Of a stretch of DNA of 64,000 nucleotides, positions 51,182 through 61,851 are shown in pieces. Each line of letters begins with the position of its first letter. Position 1 is the first letter of the stretch. The DNA is from Thermodesulfobium acidiphilum (GTDB taxonomy: Bacteria > Thermodesulfobiota > Thermodesulfobiia > Thermodesulfobiales > Thermodesulfobiaceae): the NCBI RefSeq assembly GCF_003057965.1, contig NZ_CP020921.1:980916-1044915 (forward strand), given 5' to 3'. The notes beneath the pieces were generated by a model. That model saw nothing but the letters and a program-made list of their open reading frames with translations, made no database searches and was not told where the DNA came from. The position numbers and the translations under genes were made by a program.

Positions 51182-51194
51182 GCTACGGATTAAT

Positions 51195-51223
51195 ATCTTA
51201 CTAATAAATTTTAAATTTGTCAA
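51195..51223 (-). promoter_or_regulatory. Sigma70 promoter for tRNA-Lys and tRNA-Asn
   Basis: TTGACA, 17 nt, TAAGAT. Confidence 0.7.
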
Positions 51224-51269
51224 ATTTTATATTACTCAAAAATTTTGGATTAATCTATAAATTTATATC

Positions 51270-52376
51270 TTAATTAAACTCTTTCAATCTTTCAGTGTAA
51301 TAGCTATAAAATTTAGAACTAGGCACCTCTTGAAAAGCTAAAAGAATGGACGGTACCTCTTCCCCACGTAGAAAAGCAATATGGCTTTCCAATTCTGAAA
51401 TTTTTACTTTTTCGTCTTTTTGCAAAAAATGTCTCATAGAACTGTCTGGAACATTACCCTTCAAATCCTCTGGAATACTAGCTAAATATATGAATTTTAG
51501 AAGCAAGTCTTCTCGAAAATCAAATTGTTTGAACTTAGAAATAAGCTCAAAGGCAAGCTCCTCATCCTGACCAAGCTCCACTATCCTGTCTGAAAATTTA
51601 TCAAGGGTATCAACCGAATCAGCTAAAAAAGCGCCTATAAGCGCAGAAACATCTCTTTTTTTAAAAATGGACAAAAAACCAGCAGAGAGGAGTGCCGCAT
51701 CATCTGATAGTCCAGGGCCTTTTTTATGTCTGATATAGTGAGAAACTATTACGTTAGAACCCGAAATAATCCTATCACTTGAAACTATTAAACCTTTCCT
51801 TTTATAGTCTTCAATATTTTTTTCATTTTCTCCTTTTGCTAACATATCTCCAGTTATGCCTAACTCTTCCATCTTTATTCTATCAACAATATAAATATCC
51901 CCTCCTCCAATATTCACTTTGTATTTTGCTTCAGCTTTTTCTCTATACTTTATATCATCCATCAAACCAGCTAAAATATATCCAAATACTGCACTTTTTA
52001 CAGAAACTTGCATATTTTCAAACATTGTTATCCCAAGTAGCGGTTCCCCATGAGAATTCAACAATGGCTTTCTAGTATCTAAATCTTTCTCTTCCAATTC
52101 TAGAAACCATTTTCTAATATCATCAATCAATACTTGCCTTTCTCTTTTAATCACATCCACATCCATATTCAAAGCCAAGACAATATCTTCCATGCATGTA
52201 TTTGGGAATTTTTCTCCTTTAAAAACGGAATGCCCTTCATGGGAGTGTCCTTCTATCGATTGAATTAGTATTAAGGGCTTTACTTTGTCATTTACTATTA
52301 AATGGACTGTAGTTTTCAGATGTTCAAAATCTTTTCTAATAAGAGACTTTGGTGCTACTTTAGAAAATGTTTTCAT
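51270..52376 (-). CDS. Hypothetical soluble protein
   Basis: 368-aa ORF with GGAGG RBS; no family recognised. Confidence 0.75.
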   Translation of the reverse strand: MKTFSKVAPKSLIRKDFEHLKTTVHLIVNDKVKPLILIQSIEGHSHEGHSVFKGEKFPNTCMEDIVLALNMDVDVIKRERQVLIDDIRKWFLELEEKDLDTRKPLLNSHGEPLLGITMFENMQVSVKSAVFGYILAGLMDDIKYREKAEAKYKVNIGGGDIYIVDRIKMEELGITGDMLAKGENEKNIEDYKRKGLIVSSDRIISGSNVIVSHYIRHKKGPGLSDDAALLSAGFLSIFKKRDVSALIGAFLADSVDTLDKFSDRIVELGQDEELAFELISKFKQFDFREDLLLKFIYLASIPEDLKGNVPDSSMRHFLQKDEKVKISELESHIAFLRGEEVPSILLAFQEVPSSKFYSYYTERLKEFN

Positions 52377-52401
52377 AAATATTCCTCCATAAATTATTTA
52401 T

Positions 52402-53838
52402 CTAGATGAAATCACAACTTTCTATAATATTTTCAAAACCTCCAAAAGCTTTTAAAAGCTTTGCTAAATCAGAAGACCTCGTTACTCTCATGTTCTTTTG
52501 CCTAGCAATTTCAGGAATAATTGCATGGACAAAAGTCGCTAAAAGCGATGCACTAAGCGTATCATATCCTGTAGAAAGGAGTGCACCTATCATACCGCTT
52601 AAGACATCTCCTGAACCAGCTACCGCCAGGTCACAATCTGCGATAGGAACTACATACTTTTGTGTTCCTTTTCCTATCAAAGTATTTGGACCTTTAAGAA
52701 TTAAAGTAATACCCGGATACTGATCAAGAAATGACTCAAATCTTTCAACTCTATCTAAATCATTCTTAAATATCCTCCCAAATTCTCCTTCATGAGGCGT
52801 TATAATTACTTCTTTATCTTTTATCAGGTTAATTATATCTGGAAACAGAGCATCTGCATCTAAAATTAATGGTAAATTTGTTTTTGAAACAAATTCTTTT
52901 ATAAAAACCTCTTTTTTATTTGTAAGTCCTGGGCCTATTAACACAGCTCTAATTTTTTTTAATATCTTTTGATCTATATTATTTGATACAAAATCTTTTT
53001 CAGCAATTGGAATTGTTTCAGGAGGCAAAATTGAAAACTCGTCTTCTACAATAGAAAAACTCATACCCAATCCCATATTCAGTGCACCTTCCAAACAAAG
53101 TCTTAAAGCTCCTGGATATTGTTTCGAACCTGCCCACACGAGAAGTGAACCCTTTTCTATTTTGTGAGAAAAATCATCTTTCTTTCTAATTAGAAGTTTT
53201 GCATCAGAAGAAGTAAAAATTTTTAAACCGTTTTCTGGAGGAGGAAATCCTATATCAATAACAATTACTTTACCGGTATATTCATAAGATTGTCTAAAAA
53301 GATATCCTCTTTTAAGAAATCCTATAGAATAAGTATATGTAGCTCTAATTGCATCTGGTTGAGGCTCACCAGTATCTGAATTTAGTCCTGCTGGTATATC
53401 CATAGAAACTATTGGTTTGTTTAAATTATTTATATCTCTAATCAGTTTAAGGGCCTCTTCTCTAAGACTTCCATAAAAACCTACTCCCAAAAGACCTTCA
53501 ACAATAACGTCAGCACTTTTTAAATCTGAAGTTTCTTCTATGCCCAACGATCTACAAAGTTCTCTTTGAATTCTACATTCCTCAGTTGCTGCTCCCCAGG
53601 GTTGATAAATAGAACAATCATACCCTTTTAACTTTAAATTATAAAGTAAAGAAAGAGCATCCCCTGCATTATTGCCTTTGCCGCATACAGCTATAACTTT
53701 ACGTACATTTTTAAAATCTTCTATAAACTTTAATGCACTCATTATTCCCACAATACTCATGAGAGCTAACGGAGTTTGCCCCATAGAAAAAAGCTTTTCT
53801 TCCTCAAACCTGATATCTGAAGAGCCTAAAACAAACAT
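52402..53838 (-). CDS. nnr: Bifunctional NAD(P)H-hydrate epimerase/dehydratase (YjeF)
   Basis: CGKGNNAGD, DIPAG, LDADAL, TPHEGEF and GSGDVLSG motifs. Confidence 0.9.
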   Translation of the reverse strand: MFVLGSSDIRFEEEKLFSMGQTPLALMSIVGIMSALKFIEDFKNVRKVIAVCGKGNNAGDALSLLYNLKLKGYDCSIYQPWGAATEECRIQRELCRSLGIEETSDLKSADVIVEGLLGVGFYGSLREEALKLIRDINNLNKPIVSMDIPAGLNSDTGEPQPDAIRATYTYSIGFLKRGYLFRQSYEYTGKVIVIDIGFPPPENGLKIFTSSDAKLLIRKKDDFSHKIEKGSLLVWAGSKQYPGALRLCLEGALNMGLGMSFSIVEDEFSILPPETIPIAEKDFVSNNIDQKILKKIRAVLIGPGLTNKKEVFIKEFVSKTNLPLILDADALFPDIINLIKDKEVIITPHEGEFGRIFKNDLDRVERFESFLDQYPGITLILKGPNTLIGKGTQKYVVPIADCDLAVAGSGDVLSGMIGALLSTGYDTLSASLLATFVHAIIPEIARQKNMRVTRSSDLAKLLKAFGGFENIIESCDFI

Positions 53839-53894
53839 TTCAAAGCCCCCTTTGAAATTTATATATATCTATATGTATTTATTGTATCATCAAC

Positions 53895-54803
53895 TCAATT
53901 TTTAATTACTCCAACTCCATTGCAAAAATTATGTTCAAATTGAATTGTTACGTGATTAATGCCAAACTTTTTTAGTTTTTCTTCGATTTCAAGAAGTGTT
54001 CTCTTTGTCTGGCTAACCATTACGTCTTCAATATTAACGTGAGCTTCAAAATTAATGTTCTTTTCATTCAAACACCATACATGAACGTGATGAATGTCTT
54101 TAACCCCTTCTATCCCTTTTAATTCTTCAACAATTTTATAAACATCTATATTATTTGGAACACCTTCAAATAAGATATTTGTTGAATTCTTTAGAATCTC
54201 AAAGCTTTCCTTTAAAATATATAAACTAATTAGTGAACCTATTAAAGGATCAACCCAATTTATGTGAAAGAAAAATATTATGATTCCAGCCACTACAACT
54301 CCTATAGATGAAAGAGCGTCTACTAAAAGATGTAAATAAGAGGACTTAATATTCATATCTTCTTTGGAACCCTTATGAAGCAAAAAAACGCCCAAAGAAT
54401 TGGCAAATACAGCCAGAATAGCAACAAAAATTATAACTGAACTATTGACATTCGATGGATGTAAAAATTTTTCATAGGCTTCTTTAAAAATAAATAAAGA
54501 TATGATTATTAAAACCAGCGAATTAATGAATGCTGAAATAATAACTGATCTTTTATACCCAAATGTCCGCCTTTTATCATTTCTCTTACTTTGAACTTTC
54601 AATGCAATATAACTGATAAGTACAGAGAGACCATCGCTAAAATTATGCATTGCATCAGAAAATAGTGAGACGCTTCCAGAAAGGATCCCACCAATTATTT
54701 CAAAAAAAGCTATTCCAAAGTTAAGAAGTATAACTAAACACAAGTTTATGGTTTTTACATTAGATACCTCATGAACGTGTTCATGATGATAAGATTCATC
54801 CAA
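53895..54803 (-). CDS. Cation diffusion facilitator (CzcD type)
   Basis: SDAMHNFSD, HLLVD and HHVHVW motifs; His-rich N-terminus. Confidence 0.9.
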   Translation of the reverse strand: MDESYHHEHVHEVSNVKTINLCLVILLNFGIAFFEIIGGILSGSVSLFSDAMHNFSDGLSVLISYIALKVQSKRNDKRRTFGYKRSVIISAFINSLVLIIISLFIFKEAYEKFLHPSNVNSSVIIFVAILAVFANSLGVFLLHKGSKEDMNIKSSYLHLLVDALSSIGVVVAGIIIFFFHINWVDPLIGSLISLYILKESFEILKNSTNILFEGVPNNIDVYKIVEELKGIEGVKDIHHVHVWCLNEKNINFEAHVNIEDVMVSQTKRTLLEIEEKLKKFGINHVTIQFEHNFCNGVGVIKN

Positions 54804-54808
54804 TTTTA

Positions 54809-56650
54809 TTACTCCACAGTAACTGATTTTGCAAGATTTCTTGGCTTATCTGGATCTCTAGATAACCATACGGCAGCATAATATGCAAAAAGTTGTAACG
54901 GAACAACGTTATAAATTGGTGAAACAATTTCAGGCACATCAGGCACGTATAAGATATCGTTTACAAGGTTTACAGCATCCTTATCTCCTTCACTAATTAG
55001 AGCTACAACTCTTGATCTCCTACTCTTTGCCTCTTCAATATTCGAAAGAACCTTTTCATAAGTAATAGCAGATCTTGTAGCAATAGCCAAAACAGGCGTA
55101 GTTGGATCGAGAAGAGCTATAGGCCCATGTTTCATTTCGCCAGCAGGATATCCTTCCGCATGAATATACGAGATCTCTTTGAGTTTTAAAGCACCCTCAA
55201 GTGCAACTGGATAATTAATCCCTCTTCCCATAAAAATCATATTTTTATAACCAGAATAAATCCTCGCACTCTTTTCAATATCATTCAAGAATTTTGGAAA
55301 ATATTCTTCAAGTCGTTTGGGAACCTCAAGAAGATAACCAAGTGTCTCATCCACTATTTGTTTAGAAATACTCTTCTTACAACTACCCATATAAAGGGCT
55401 AAAATATAAAGAGTAACCAATTGAGAAGTAAAAGTTTTGGTAGCAGCAACACCAATTTCCAGACCCGCTCTCGTTAGTATACTAAAGTCTGCTTCTCTAT
55501 TTGCAGTAGAACCTAATCTATTAGTAATAGCTAGGACATAACTACCTCTTTTCTTAGCTTCTCTCATAGCAGCTAAAGTATCAGCTGTTTCACCTGATTG
55601 AGATATAGCAATAGTTAAAACGCTATTATTTACTGCTGCATTTCTATATCTAAATTCTGAAGAATAATCGACCTCACAGGGCATATCTGCTAGATATTCC
55701 ATTAAAAATTTTCCAATCAATGCAGCATGATAAGATGTACCACATGCCACAAAACAAATCCTTGAAATTCCTCTTGCTATATCCTTTGGAAGTTCATCTT
55801 TATATGGTTCAAACTCATTTTCAAAAAAAACTCTCTGTCCAATTGTTTCCTGGACAACCAGAGGTTGTTCAGAAATTTCTTTTAACATAAAGTGATCAAA
55901 ACCGCCTTTTTCAGCATCTTCTTCATTCCATTTAACCTCAAAAAAGCTTGGCTTAATCCTATGCCCAGCCATATCAAAAATACTTATTTCATCCTTACTT
56001 ATTATTGCAACTTCCCCATCTTTCATAATATACACATTTTTAGTATATTTTAATATTGCCGGTATATCAGATGCCAAAAAGTTTTCACCCTTGCCACGAC
56101 CTAAAATTAGAGGAGCAAATTGTCTTGCTGCAAAAATTTTGTCAGGTTCTTTAGAGTTAATAAGAGCAATAGCAAAAACGCCCCTTAAATCATTAAGCGC
56201 TTTTAAAAACGAAGTAAAGGTATCTTTATAAGTTTTTTGATAGTCCTCTATGAGATGAGCAATAACCTCTGTATCAGTATCAGACTTAAAAATATGACCT
56301 TTAGATAATAAATTTTCTTTAAGTTCAAGATAATTCTCAATAATCCCATTATGAACTACAGCAATAGAGGAAGTGCAATCAACTTGAGGATGGGCATTTT
56401 TCAAGCACGGCTCTCCATGAGTAGCCCAACGCGTATGACCAATTCCTAAAAAGCCTTTTAAAGGCGCGTCTCTTAAGTTATCCTCCAAAAATAGAATTTT
56501 TCCTACTGCATGTCTAATATCAAGGTTCCCAGATTCGCCCACTACGGCTATACCTGCAGAATCATATCCTCTGTATTCAAGCTTTTTTAACCCATACAAA
56601 ACTACATCTGCTGAATTTTTATTACCTATATAACCAACTATTCCACACAT
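54809..56650 (-). CDS. glmS: Glutamine--fructose-6-phosphate aminotransferase
   Basis: MCGIVG, GHTRWATHG, SQSGETADT and PRNLAKSVTVE motifs. Confidence 0.98.
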   Translation of the reverse strand: MCGIVGYIGNKNSADVVLYGLKKLEYRGYDSAGIAVVGESGNLDIRHAVGKILFLEDNLRDAPLKGFLGIGHTRWATHGEPCLKNAHPQVDCTSSIAVVHNGIIENYLELKENLLSKGHIFKSDTDTEVIAHLIEDYQKTYKDTFTSFLKALNDLRGVFAIALINSKEPDKIFAARQFAPLILGRGKGENFLASDIPAILKYTKNVYIMKDGEVAIISKDEISIFDMAGHRIKPSFFEVKWNEEDAEKGGFDHFMLKEISEQPLVVQETIGQRVFFENEFEPYKDELPKDIARGISRICFVACGTSYHAALIGKFLMEYLADMPCEVDYSSEFRYRNAAVNNSVLTIAISQSGETADTLAAMREAKKRGSYVLAITNRLGSTANREADFSILTRAGLEIGVAATKTFTSQLVTLYILALYMGSCKKSISKQIVDETLGYLLEVPKRLEEYFPKFLNDIEKSARIYSGYKNMIFMGRGINYPVALEGALKLKEISYIHAEGYPAGEMKHGPIALLDPTTPVLAIATRSAITYEKVLSNIEEAKSRRSRVVALISEGDKDAVNLVNDILYVPDVPEIVSPIYNVVPLQLFAYYAAVWLSRDPDKPRNLAKSVTVE

Positions 56651-56681
56651 ATAATCTCCCTTCTAAAGCTTTACATGAAAA

Positions 56682-56709
56682 TGGCACCTGGCAATAACAC
56701 CAAGTGCCA
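56682..56709 (-). terminator. Hairpin / likely intrinsic terminator after glnA
   Basis: TGGCACTTGGT-GTTATT-GCCAGGTGCCA followed by TTTT on the minus strand. Confidence 0.65.
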
Positions 56710-56742
56710 ATTCAGTCAATTTTAATTTAACAGTAGTTTTGC

Positions 56743-58179
56743 TTAAATATCAAAAAGCGTAACAAATTCATATGGGTGAGGCCTTATAGCTAACTCTTTA
56801 GCCTGAGTTCTCTTAAATTTAATATATGATTCTATCAATTCCTTTGAAAAGACCCCGCCCTTCAAAAGATATTCATGATCCGCTTCAAGAGCATCAAGGG
56901 CTTCGTCTAAAGAACCAGGAACTGAAGGAATATTTTTAGCTTCTTCTGGTGGCAAATCATAAATATTCTTATCAAGAGGCTTACCCGGATCAATTTTATT
57001 TTCTATTCCATCTAAACCTGCCATAAGCATTGCAGAAAAGGCTAGATATGGATTTGCAGACGGATCAGGCGGTCTGAATTCAATCCTCTTGGCTTTTGGA
57101 TTAGCAGTATACATAGGAATACGAACAGCAGCAGAGCGATTTCTTTGCGAATATGCCAGATTTACTGGAGCTTCATAATGAGGTACAAGTCTCTTATACG
57201 AATTTGTAGTAGGTGCGGCAAAGGCGAGAACAGATTTTGCATGTTTGAGAAGACCACCAATATACCACAACGCAATGTCACTAAGTCCGGCATAACCCTT
57301 TTCGTCATAAAAAAGCGGCCTGTTACCCTTCCACAAGCTTTGATGACAGTGCATACCTGAACCATTATCACCAAATAATGGTTTGGGCATAAAGGTAACT
57401 GTTAAACCGTTTGCCCTTGCAACATTTTTTGCAACGTATTTATATTTCATAAGATCATCGGCCATCCTTAGCAAGTTGTTAAATCTTATATCTATTTCAA
57501 CCTGTCCTGCAGTCGCAACCTCATGGTGATGAACTTCAATTTCCAGGCCAACTTTCATCATTGCCTTAACCATTTCGGACCTGACATCCTGTAATTGATC
57601 GTTTGGTGGGCATGGAAAATAACCTTCTTTGGATCTTATTTTATGACCAAGATTGGGCTCTTCTTCTCTATCAGAGTTCCACCAGGCTTCTACTGAATCT
57701 ATGGAAAACATTCCGCCTCTAGAATCATATTTGTATTTAACGTCATCAAAAATAAAAAATTCTGCCTCCGGTCCGAAGTATGCAGTATCTGCAATACCCG
57801 TTGTTTTAAGATAATTTTCTGCTCTCCTTGCAACACCCCTTGGATCTTTTTGATAATCTCTCAAAACAATTGGTTCCTTTACATCACAGATAATATTTAC
57901 AGTTAAATCATCAAAAAACGGATCTACAAAAGCTGATGACAGATCTGGTATGAGTATCATATCGCTCTCTTCGATCTGCTGAAATCCTCTTATGCTCGAA
58001 CCATCAAAACCTAAACCCTCTTCTATCACGCCTTCATTAAAAGCTTCTACTGGAACAGTAAAGTGCTGCCATGTTCCAGGTACATCACAAAATCTTACAT
58101 CTACAAATTTCACTTCATTTTCTTTAACAAAATTTTTAAACTCTTCATAGTCTTTAAATCCACACTTAATATTATTCAA
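56743..58179 (-). CDS. glnA: Glutamine synthetase type I (beta type)
   Basis: FDGSSI, HHEVA, MPKP...NGSGMH and RIEFR motifs; [11 protein letters not shown] adenylylation-site region. Confidence 0.97.
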   Translation of the reverse strand: MNNIKCGFKDYEEFKNFVKENEVKFVDVRFCDVPGTWQHFTVPVEAFNEGVIEEGLGFDGSSIRGFQQIEESDMILIPDLSSAFVDPFFDDLTVNIICDVKEPIVLRDYQKDPRGVARRAENYLKTTGIADTAYFGPEAEFFIFDDVKYKYDSRGGMFSIDSVEAWWNSDREEEPNLGHKIRSKEGYFPCPPNDQLQDVRSEMVKAMMKVGLEIEVHHHEVATAGQVEIDIRFNNLLRMADDLMKYKYVAKNVARANGLTVTFMPKPLFGDNGSGMHCHQSLWKGNRPLFYDEKGYAGLSDIALWYIGGLLKHAKSVLAFAAPTTNSYKRLVPHYEAPVNLAYSQRNRSAAVRIPMYTANPKAKRIEFRPPDPSANPYLAFSAMLMAGLDGIENKIDPGKPLDKNIYDLPPEEAKNIPSVPGSLDEALDALEADHEYLLKGGVFSKELIESYIKFKRTQAKELAIRPHPYEFVTLFDI

Positions 58180-58189
58180 ATTAGACCTC

Positions 58190-58957
58190 CTATAAATTCT
58201 TATTTTCTCTTAAAGCACTCGCAAGACTAAGTATTTCTACAATCTCCTCGACCGCTTTAAAAATTCCTACAAATACAGCCCTTGATATTATGCTATGTCC
58301 AATGTTTAATTCTTCAATTTCAGGTATCAAAGCAATTTGCCAAACGTTGCTCTTATTTAAACCATGACCAGCATAAACGTTCAGACCTGCTTCTTTAGCA
58401 AGATTAGATGCCTTTTTCAATCTTTCTAACTCAAAATTTCTCTCAATTTCATCCAAAGAGTCAGCATATTTACCGGTATGCAATTCTACAGAATCAGCAC
58501 CTAAGGTAACACTTTTTTCAATAGAAAATTCATCTGGATCGATAAAAAGAGAGACTTCAATTCCATTTGATTTTAAAGTCGAAATACTTTCTTTCAAAGA
58601 ATCATAGTTTTTAGAAAGATCTAAACCTCCTTCTGTTGTGAGCTCTTCCCTTTTTTCAGGAACTAAGGTCACTTTGTTCGGCTTTACCTTCAAGGCAAAA
58701 GAAACAATTTGCGGAACACAAGCCATCTCTAAATTTAGATTATCTACGGCCTTTCTTATTTTAAGGACATCGTTGTCCTGTATATGCCTTCTGTCTTCTC
58801 TAAGATGAACTGTTATAAGGTCAGCACCTGCAGCTAGGGAAATAGAGGCAGCAAAGAGTGGATCTGGATAGGTAATCTTTCTTGATTCTCTAAGCGTGGC
58901 AACATGATCAACATTAACCCCCAAGCGGATTTTTCCAGCCACTTTATCACCTCTCAT
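58190..58957 (-). CDS. pdxJ: Pyridoxine 5'-phosphate synthase
   Basis: [28 protein letters not shown] and ELNIGH motifs. Confidence 0.96.
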   Translation of the reverse strand: MRGDKVAGKIRLGVNVDHVATLRESRKITYPDPLFAASISLAAGADLITVHLREDRRHIQDNDVLKIRKAVDNLNLEMACVPQIVSFALKVKPNKVTLVPEKREELTTEGGLDLSKNYDSLKESISTLKSNGIEVSLFIDPDEFSIEKSVTLGADSVELHTGKYADSLDEIERNFELERLKKASNLAKEAGLNVYAGHGLNKSNVWQIALIPEIEELNIGHSIISRAVFVGIFKAVEEIVEILSLASALRENKNL

Positions 58958-59001
58958 TTATAATCTTAAAAATTATAGCACAAAAAAATATTGAACCGAT
59001 A

Positions 59002-60174
59002 TCAAATTTTTTCTTTAATAATATCTAAAATAAAGTTTGCAATATTTATTTTTGTTGAATTAAGTTCGTAATAATCGCCACTTGAAGATAAGATCAAAAC
59101 TTCATTGTTTTCACTACCAAAAGGAAAACCAGTTTCGTGAATTTTATTAGCTACTATATAATCTAATTTTTTTTCAACTAGTTTTTTATTAGCATTTGTG
59201 CTAAGATTTTCAGTTTCAGCGGCAAAGCCTATAACTATCTGATTTTTCTTCAATAAATTAACTTCTTTAAGTATATCGGGATTTGATATAAGATTAAGCT
59301 CTAAGTTATTCTTCTTTTTTATCTTTTTCGTATACCGCTGATCTACTTTAAAGTCTGAAACAGCAGCTGCCATAACCAGTATATCACAAAACTCAAAGTT
59401 ATCGATAACACTCTTAAACATCTCTTCTGTTGTTTCAACATCAATCCTTTCTACCATATAAGGAGTTCGTAAACCAGTTGGTCCTGCAATAAGCCTTACC
59501 TGTGCACCTCTCAAAGAAGCAGCCTGAGCAAAAGCAAAGCCCATCTTGCCTGATGATCTATTAGAAATATATCTAACAGGATCTATTGGTTCGCGAGTAG
59601 GACCTGCAGTTATCAATATCTTTTTTCCAACAAAATCCTTTTTTGGATAGAAATGATAGTTAAACATTTCTAAGAGTTCAGGTACTTCCAGCATTCTACC
59701 AGACCCTATGCTATCGCAAGCGAGTCTTCCATAAGCAGGACCAAAAAATATTACATCTTGAGCCAATAATTTCTTTACATTATCTTGCACAGAAGGATTT
59801 CCCCACATAGTATCGTTCATTGCTGGAACTAATACCAGCGGGCATTTTCTTGCAATAGCCATTGTAGTAAGAAGGTTGTCAGCTATACCTAATGCAATCT
59901 TTGAAATTGTATTAGCAGTAGCCGGACATATAATAAAAACATCAGATTTTTGGGGTAAAGTTATGTGGGCTATTGAGTCTTTACCAGAAGGCAAATTAGA
60001 CTCACTGTAACAAATATTTTTTGTTAAAGCTTCAAATGTTAAAGGAGAAACAAATCTAGTAGCATTCTGAGTCATCACAACATTTACCTCATTTCCCTCT
60101 TTTACAAGAGATGAAACAAAATTTGCAGCTTTATACGCAGAAATGCCACCACAAATGCCAAAAAGTATTTTCAA
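59002..60174 (-). CDS. coaBC: Phosphopantothenoylcysteine decarboxylase/ligase
   Basis: GGISAYKA, PAMN, TAGPTREPIDPVRYISNRSSGKMG and GFAAET motifs. Confidence 0.96.
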   Translation of the reverse strand: MKILFGICGGISAYKAANFVSSLVKEGNEVNVVMTQNATRFVSPLTFEALTKNICYSESNLPSGKDSIAHITLPQKSDVFIICPATANTISKIALGIADNLLTTMAIARKCPLVLVPAMNDTMWGNPSVQDNVKKLLAQDVIFFGPAYGRLACDSIGSGRMLEVPELLEMFNYHFYPKKDFVGKKILITAGPTREPIDPVRYISNRSSGKMGFAFAQAASLRGAQVRLIAGPTGLRTPYMVERIDVETTEEMFKSVIDNFEFCDILVMAAAVSDFKVDQRYTKKIKKKNNLELNLISNPDILKEVNLLKKNQIVIGFAAETENLSTNANKKLVEKKLDYIVANKIHETGFPFGSENNEVLILSSSGDYYELNSTKINIANFILDIIKEKI

Positions 60175-60175
60175 T

Positions 60176-60367
60176 TTACTTATTTATAGTAAATTTTATT
60201 TTCCCACTTGCAATTTCTTCAAATGCCTGCTCGAGAGGATCGCTAACATTAGTTGTGAAAAGGTCTTTATTACTTTTTATTTCTTTTGCTCTTTTTACAG
60301 CTACAATAACTAAAGCATATCTAGACGGTATCATTTTCAACGCATTTTCTAAACTAGGCGCTATCAA
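60176..60367 (-). CDS. rpoZ: RNA polymerase omega subunit
   Basis: SRYALVIVAVKRAKEI...AFEEI; gmk-rpoZ-coaBC synteny. Confidence 0.9.
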   Translation of the reverse strand: MIAPSLENALKMIPSRYALVIVAVKRAKEIKSNKDLFTTNVSDPLEQAFEEIASGKIKFTINK

Positions 60368-60369
60368 AA

Positions 60370-61017
60370 CTAAATTACCTCCTGTCCAAATTGTATTTCT
60401 GATCTAAGTCTCGAAATTATATCTTCTCTTCTTTCTCTTTTTGCCCTCTGAGCAACAATTATGCATTCTAGCTCGCTAGCTGCTTCTATAACACTACTAT
60501 TTACAATTATATAATCATATATAAAATATTCTTCAATTTCTTCAATCGATCTCGAAAGCCTTCTTTTTATCTCATCAAAATTTTCGGAAGACCTTGTTTC
60601 CAACCTTAATCTTAGATCACACCATCTTGGTGGAACAATAAAGATTAAAATTGCATCAGGGTACAATGATTTTATTTTACTTGCACCTCTTGTATCTATT
60701 TCAAGAACAACATCACTATTCTCACTTAATTTTTTTAAAACGTAATCCTTTGGGGTTCCATAATAATTTCCGTGAACTTTAGCCCATTCCAAAAGGTTAT
60801 CTTTTTCTATGTGTTCCAAAAACTCAGATTCAGAAACAAAAAAGTAATCTTTGCCATTAACTTCGTTAGGCCTTCTAGGTCTGCTTGTCATAGATATAGA
60901 AAGACAAAGCATTGGATCTCTTTGCATTAATTCCTTTATTACTGTCCCTTTGCCCACACCAGAAGGACCAGAAACTACAAACAATAAACCTTTTTTTTCA
61001 TCACTTTTTTTGTACAC
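60370..61017 (-). CDS. gmk: Guanylate kinase
   Basis: GPSGVGKGT, TSRPRRPNEVNGKDYFF and GNYYGT motifs. Confidence 0.97.
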   Translation of the reverse strand: MYKKSDEKKGLLFVVSGPSGVGKGTVIKELMQRDPMLCLSISMTSRPRRPNEVNGKDYFFVSESEFLEHIEKDNLLEWAKVHGNYYGTPKDYVLKKLSENSDVVLEIDTRGASKIKSLYPDAILIFIVPPRWCDLRLRLETRSSENFDEIKRRLSRSIEEIEEYFIYDYIIVNSSVIEAASELECIIVAQRAKRERREDIISRLRSEIQFGQEVI

Positions 61018-61020
61018 TAT

Positions 61021-61851
61021 TTATTTATTGCCTTTCTCAGGAAGTTTGTATGGAATAGGTATGAATTGTACCGATGGCCTTCTATTTCCTGCCTGAGGAT
61101 ATAACTCCATTAGCTCATACACTTCTTCTGGCAAATCATTTCTCACTGAAATACCCAAATTTTTAATCTCTTCGTAGGAAATAGGATAATCATGCGTCCA
61201 CTTTCCACTTGTAAAAAGTTCAGCAAGGAAAGAGGCCTTTTCTGAATCCATTCTATCTTGTAAAAGTTTTTTAATAGTACTTTTTACTTGGTTAACAGCC
61301 TTTTGTGACATATCTGCTAAAATTAATGTTTTGTCATCGACATTTTCAATACCTTTCTCTCTAACTACCTGTAAAATAGAAACAGCTGGGTACTCTCCCA
61401 GCTGCGGATCAACAGGACCAAGAACTGCATTTTCATCAAGGTATATTTCATCGGCAGCAAGAGCAAGCATGGTACCGCCAGACATAGCATAGTGAGGTAT
61501 AAAAACCCTCACAGGTGCAGGATGCCTTATTAACGCCTTTGCTATCTGCTCTGCTGCCAATACCAATCCTCCTGGAGTATGAAGTATGATATCAATAGGC
61601 ATATCCTTTTCGGTAAGCCTTATTGCTCTCAAAATTTGTTCAGAATCATCTATGTCAATATATCTCGAAAGAGGAATACCAAAAAAAGATATAGTCTCCT
61701 GTCTGTGTATAAGAGTAATAACCCTGGAATTCATCTTTTTCTCCATAGATCTTATAGTCCTAATTCTCATGTTTTCTAGATATTTCTGCTGCAATACAGG
61801 AGTAAAAGCAAATATTATAAAAATAAACCAAATTATGTCAAAAAAATTCAT
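61021..61851 (-). CDS. SDH-family Clp-fold serine protease
   Basis: LHTPGG, AMSGGTMLAL, LGPVDPQ and WTHDYPI motifs. Confidence 0.88.
   Translation of the reverse strand: MNFFDIIWFIFIIFAFTPVLQQKYLENMRIRTIRSMEKKMNSRVITLIHRQETISFFGIPLSRYIDIDDSEQILRAIRLTEKDMPIDIILHTPGGLVLAAEQIAKALIRHPAPVRVFIPHYAMSGGTMLALAADEIYLDENAVLGPVDPQLGEYPAVSILQVVREKGIENVDDKTLILADMSQKAVNQVKSTIKKLLQDRMDSEKASFLAELFTSGKWTHDYPISYEEIKNLGISVRNDLPEEVYELMELYPQAGNRRPSVQFIPIPYKLPEKGNK

Noticed and set aside
56651-56742. glmS ribozyme upstream of glmS
   Set aside because: Only about 90 nt of intergenic space, containing a simple hairpin and no ribozyme core
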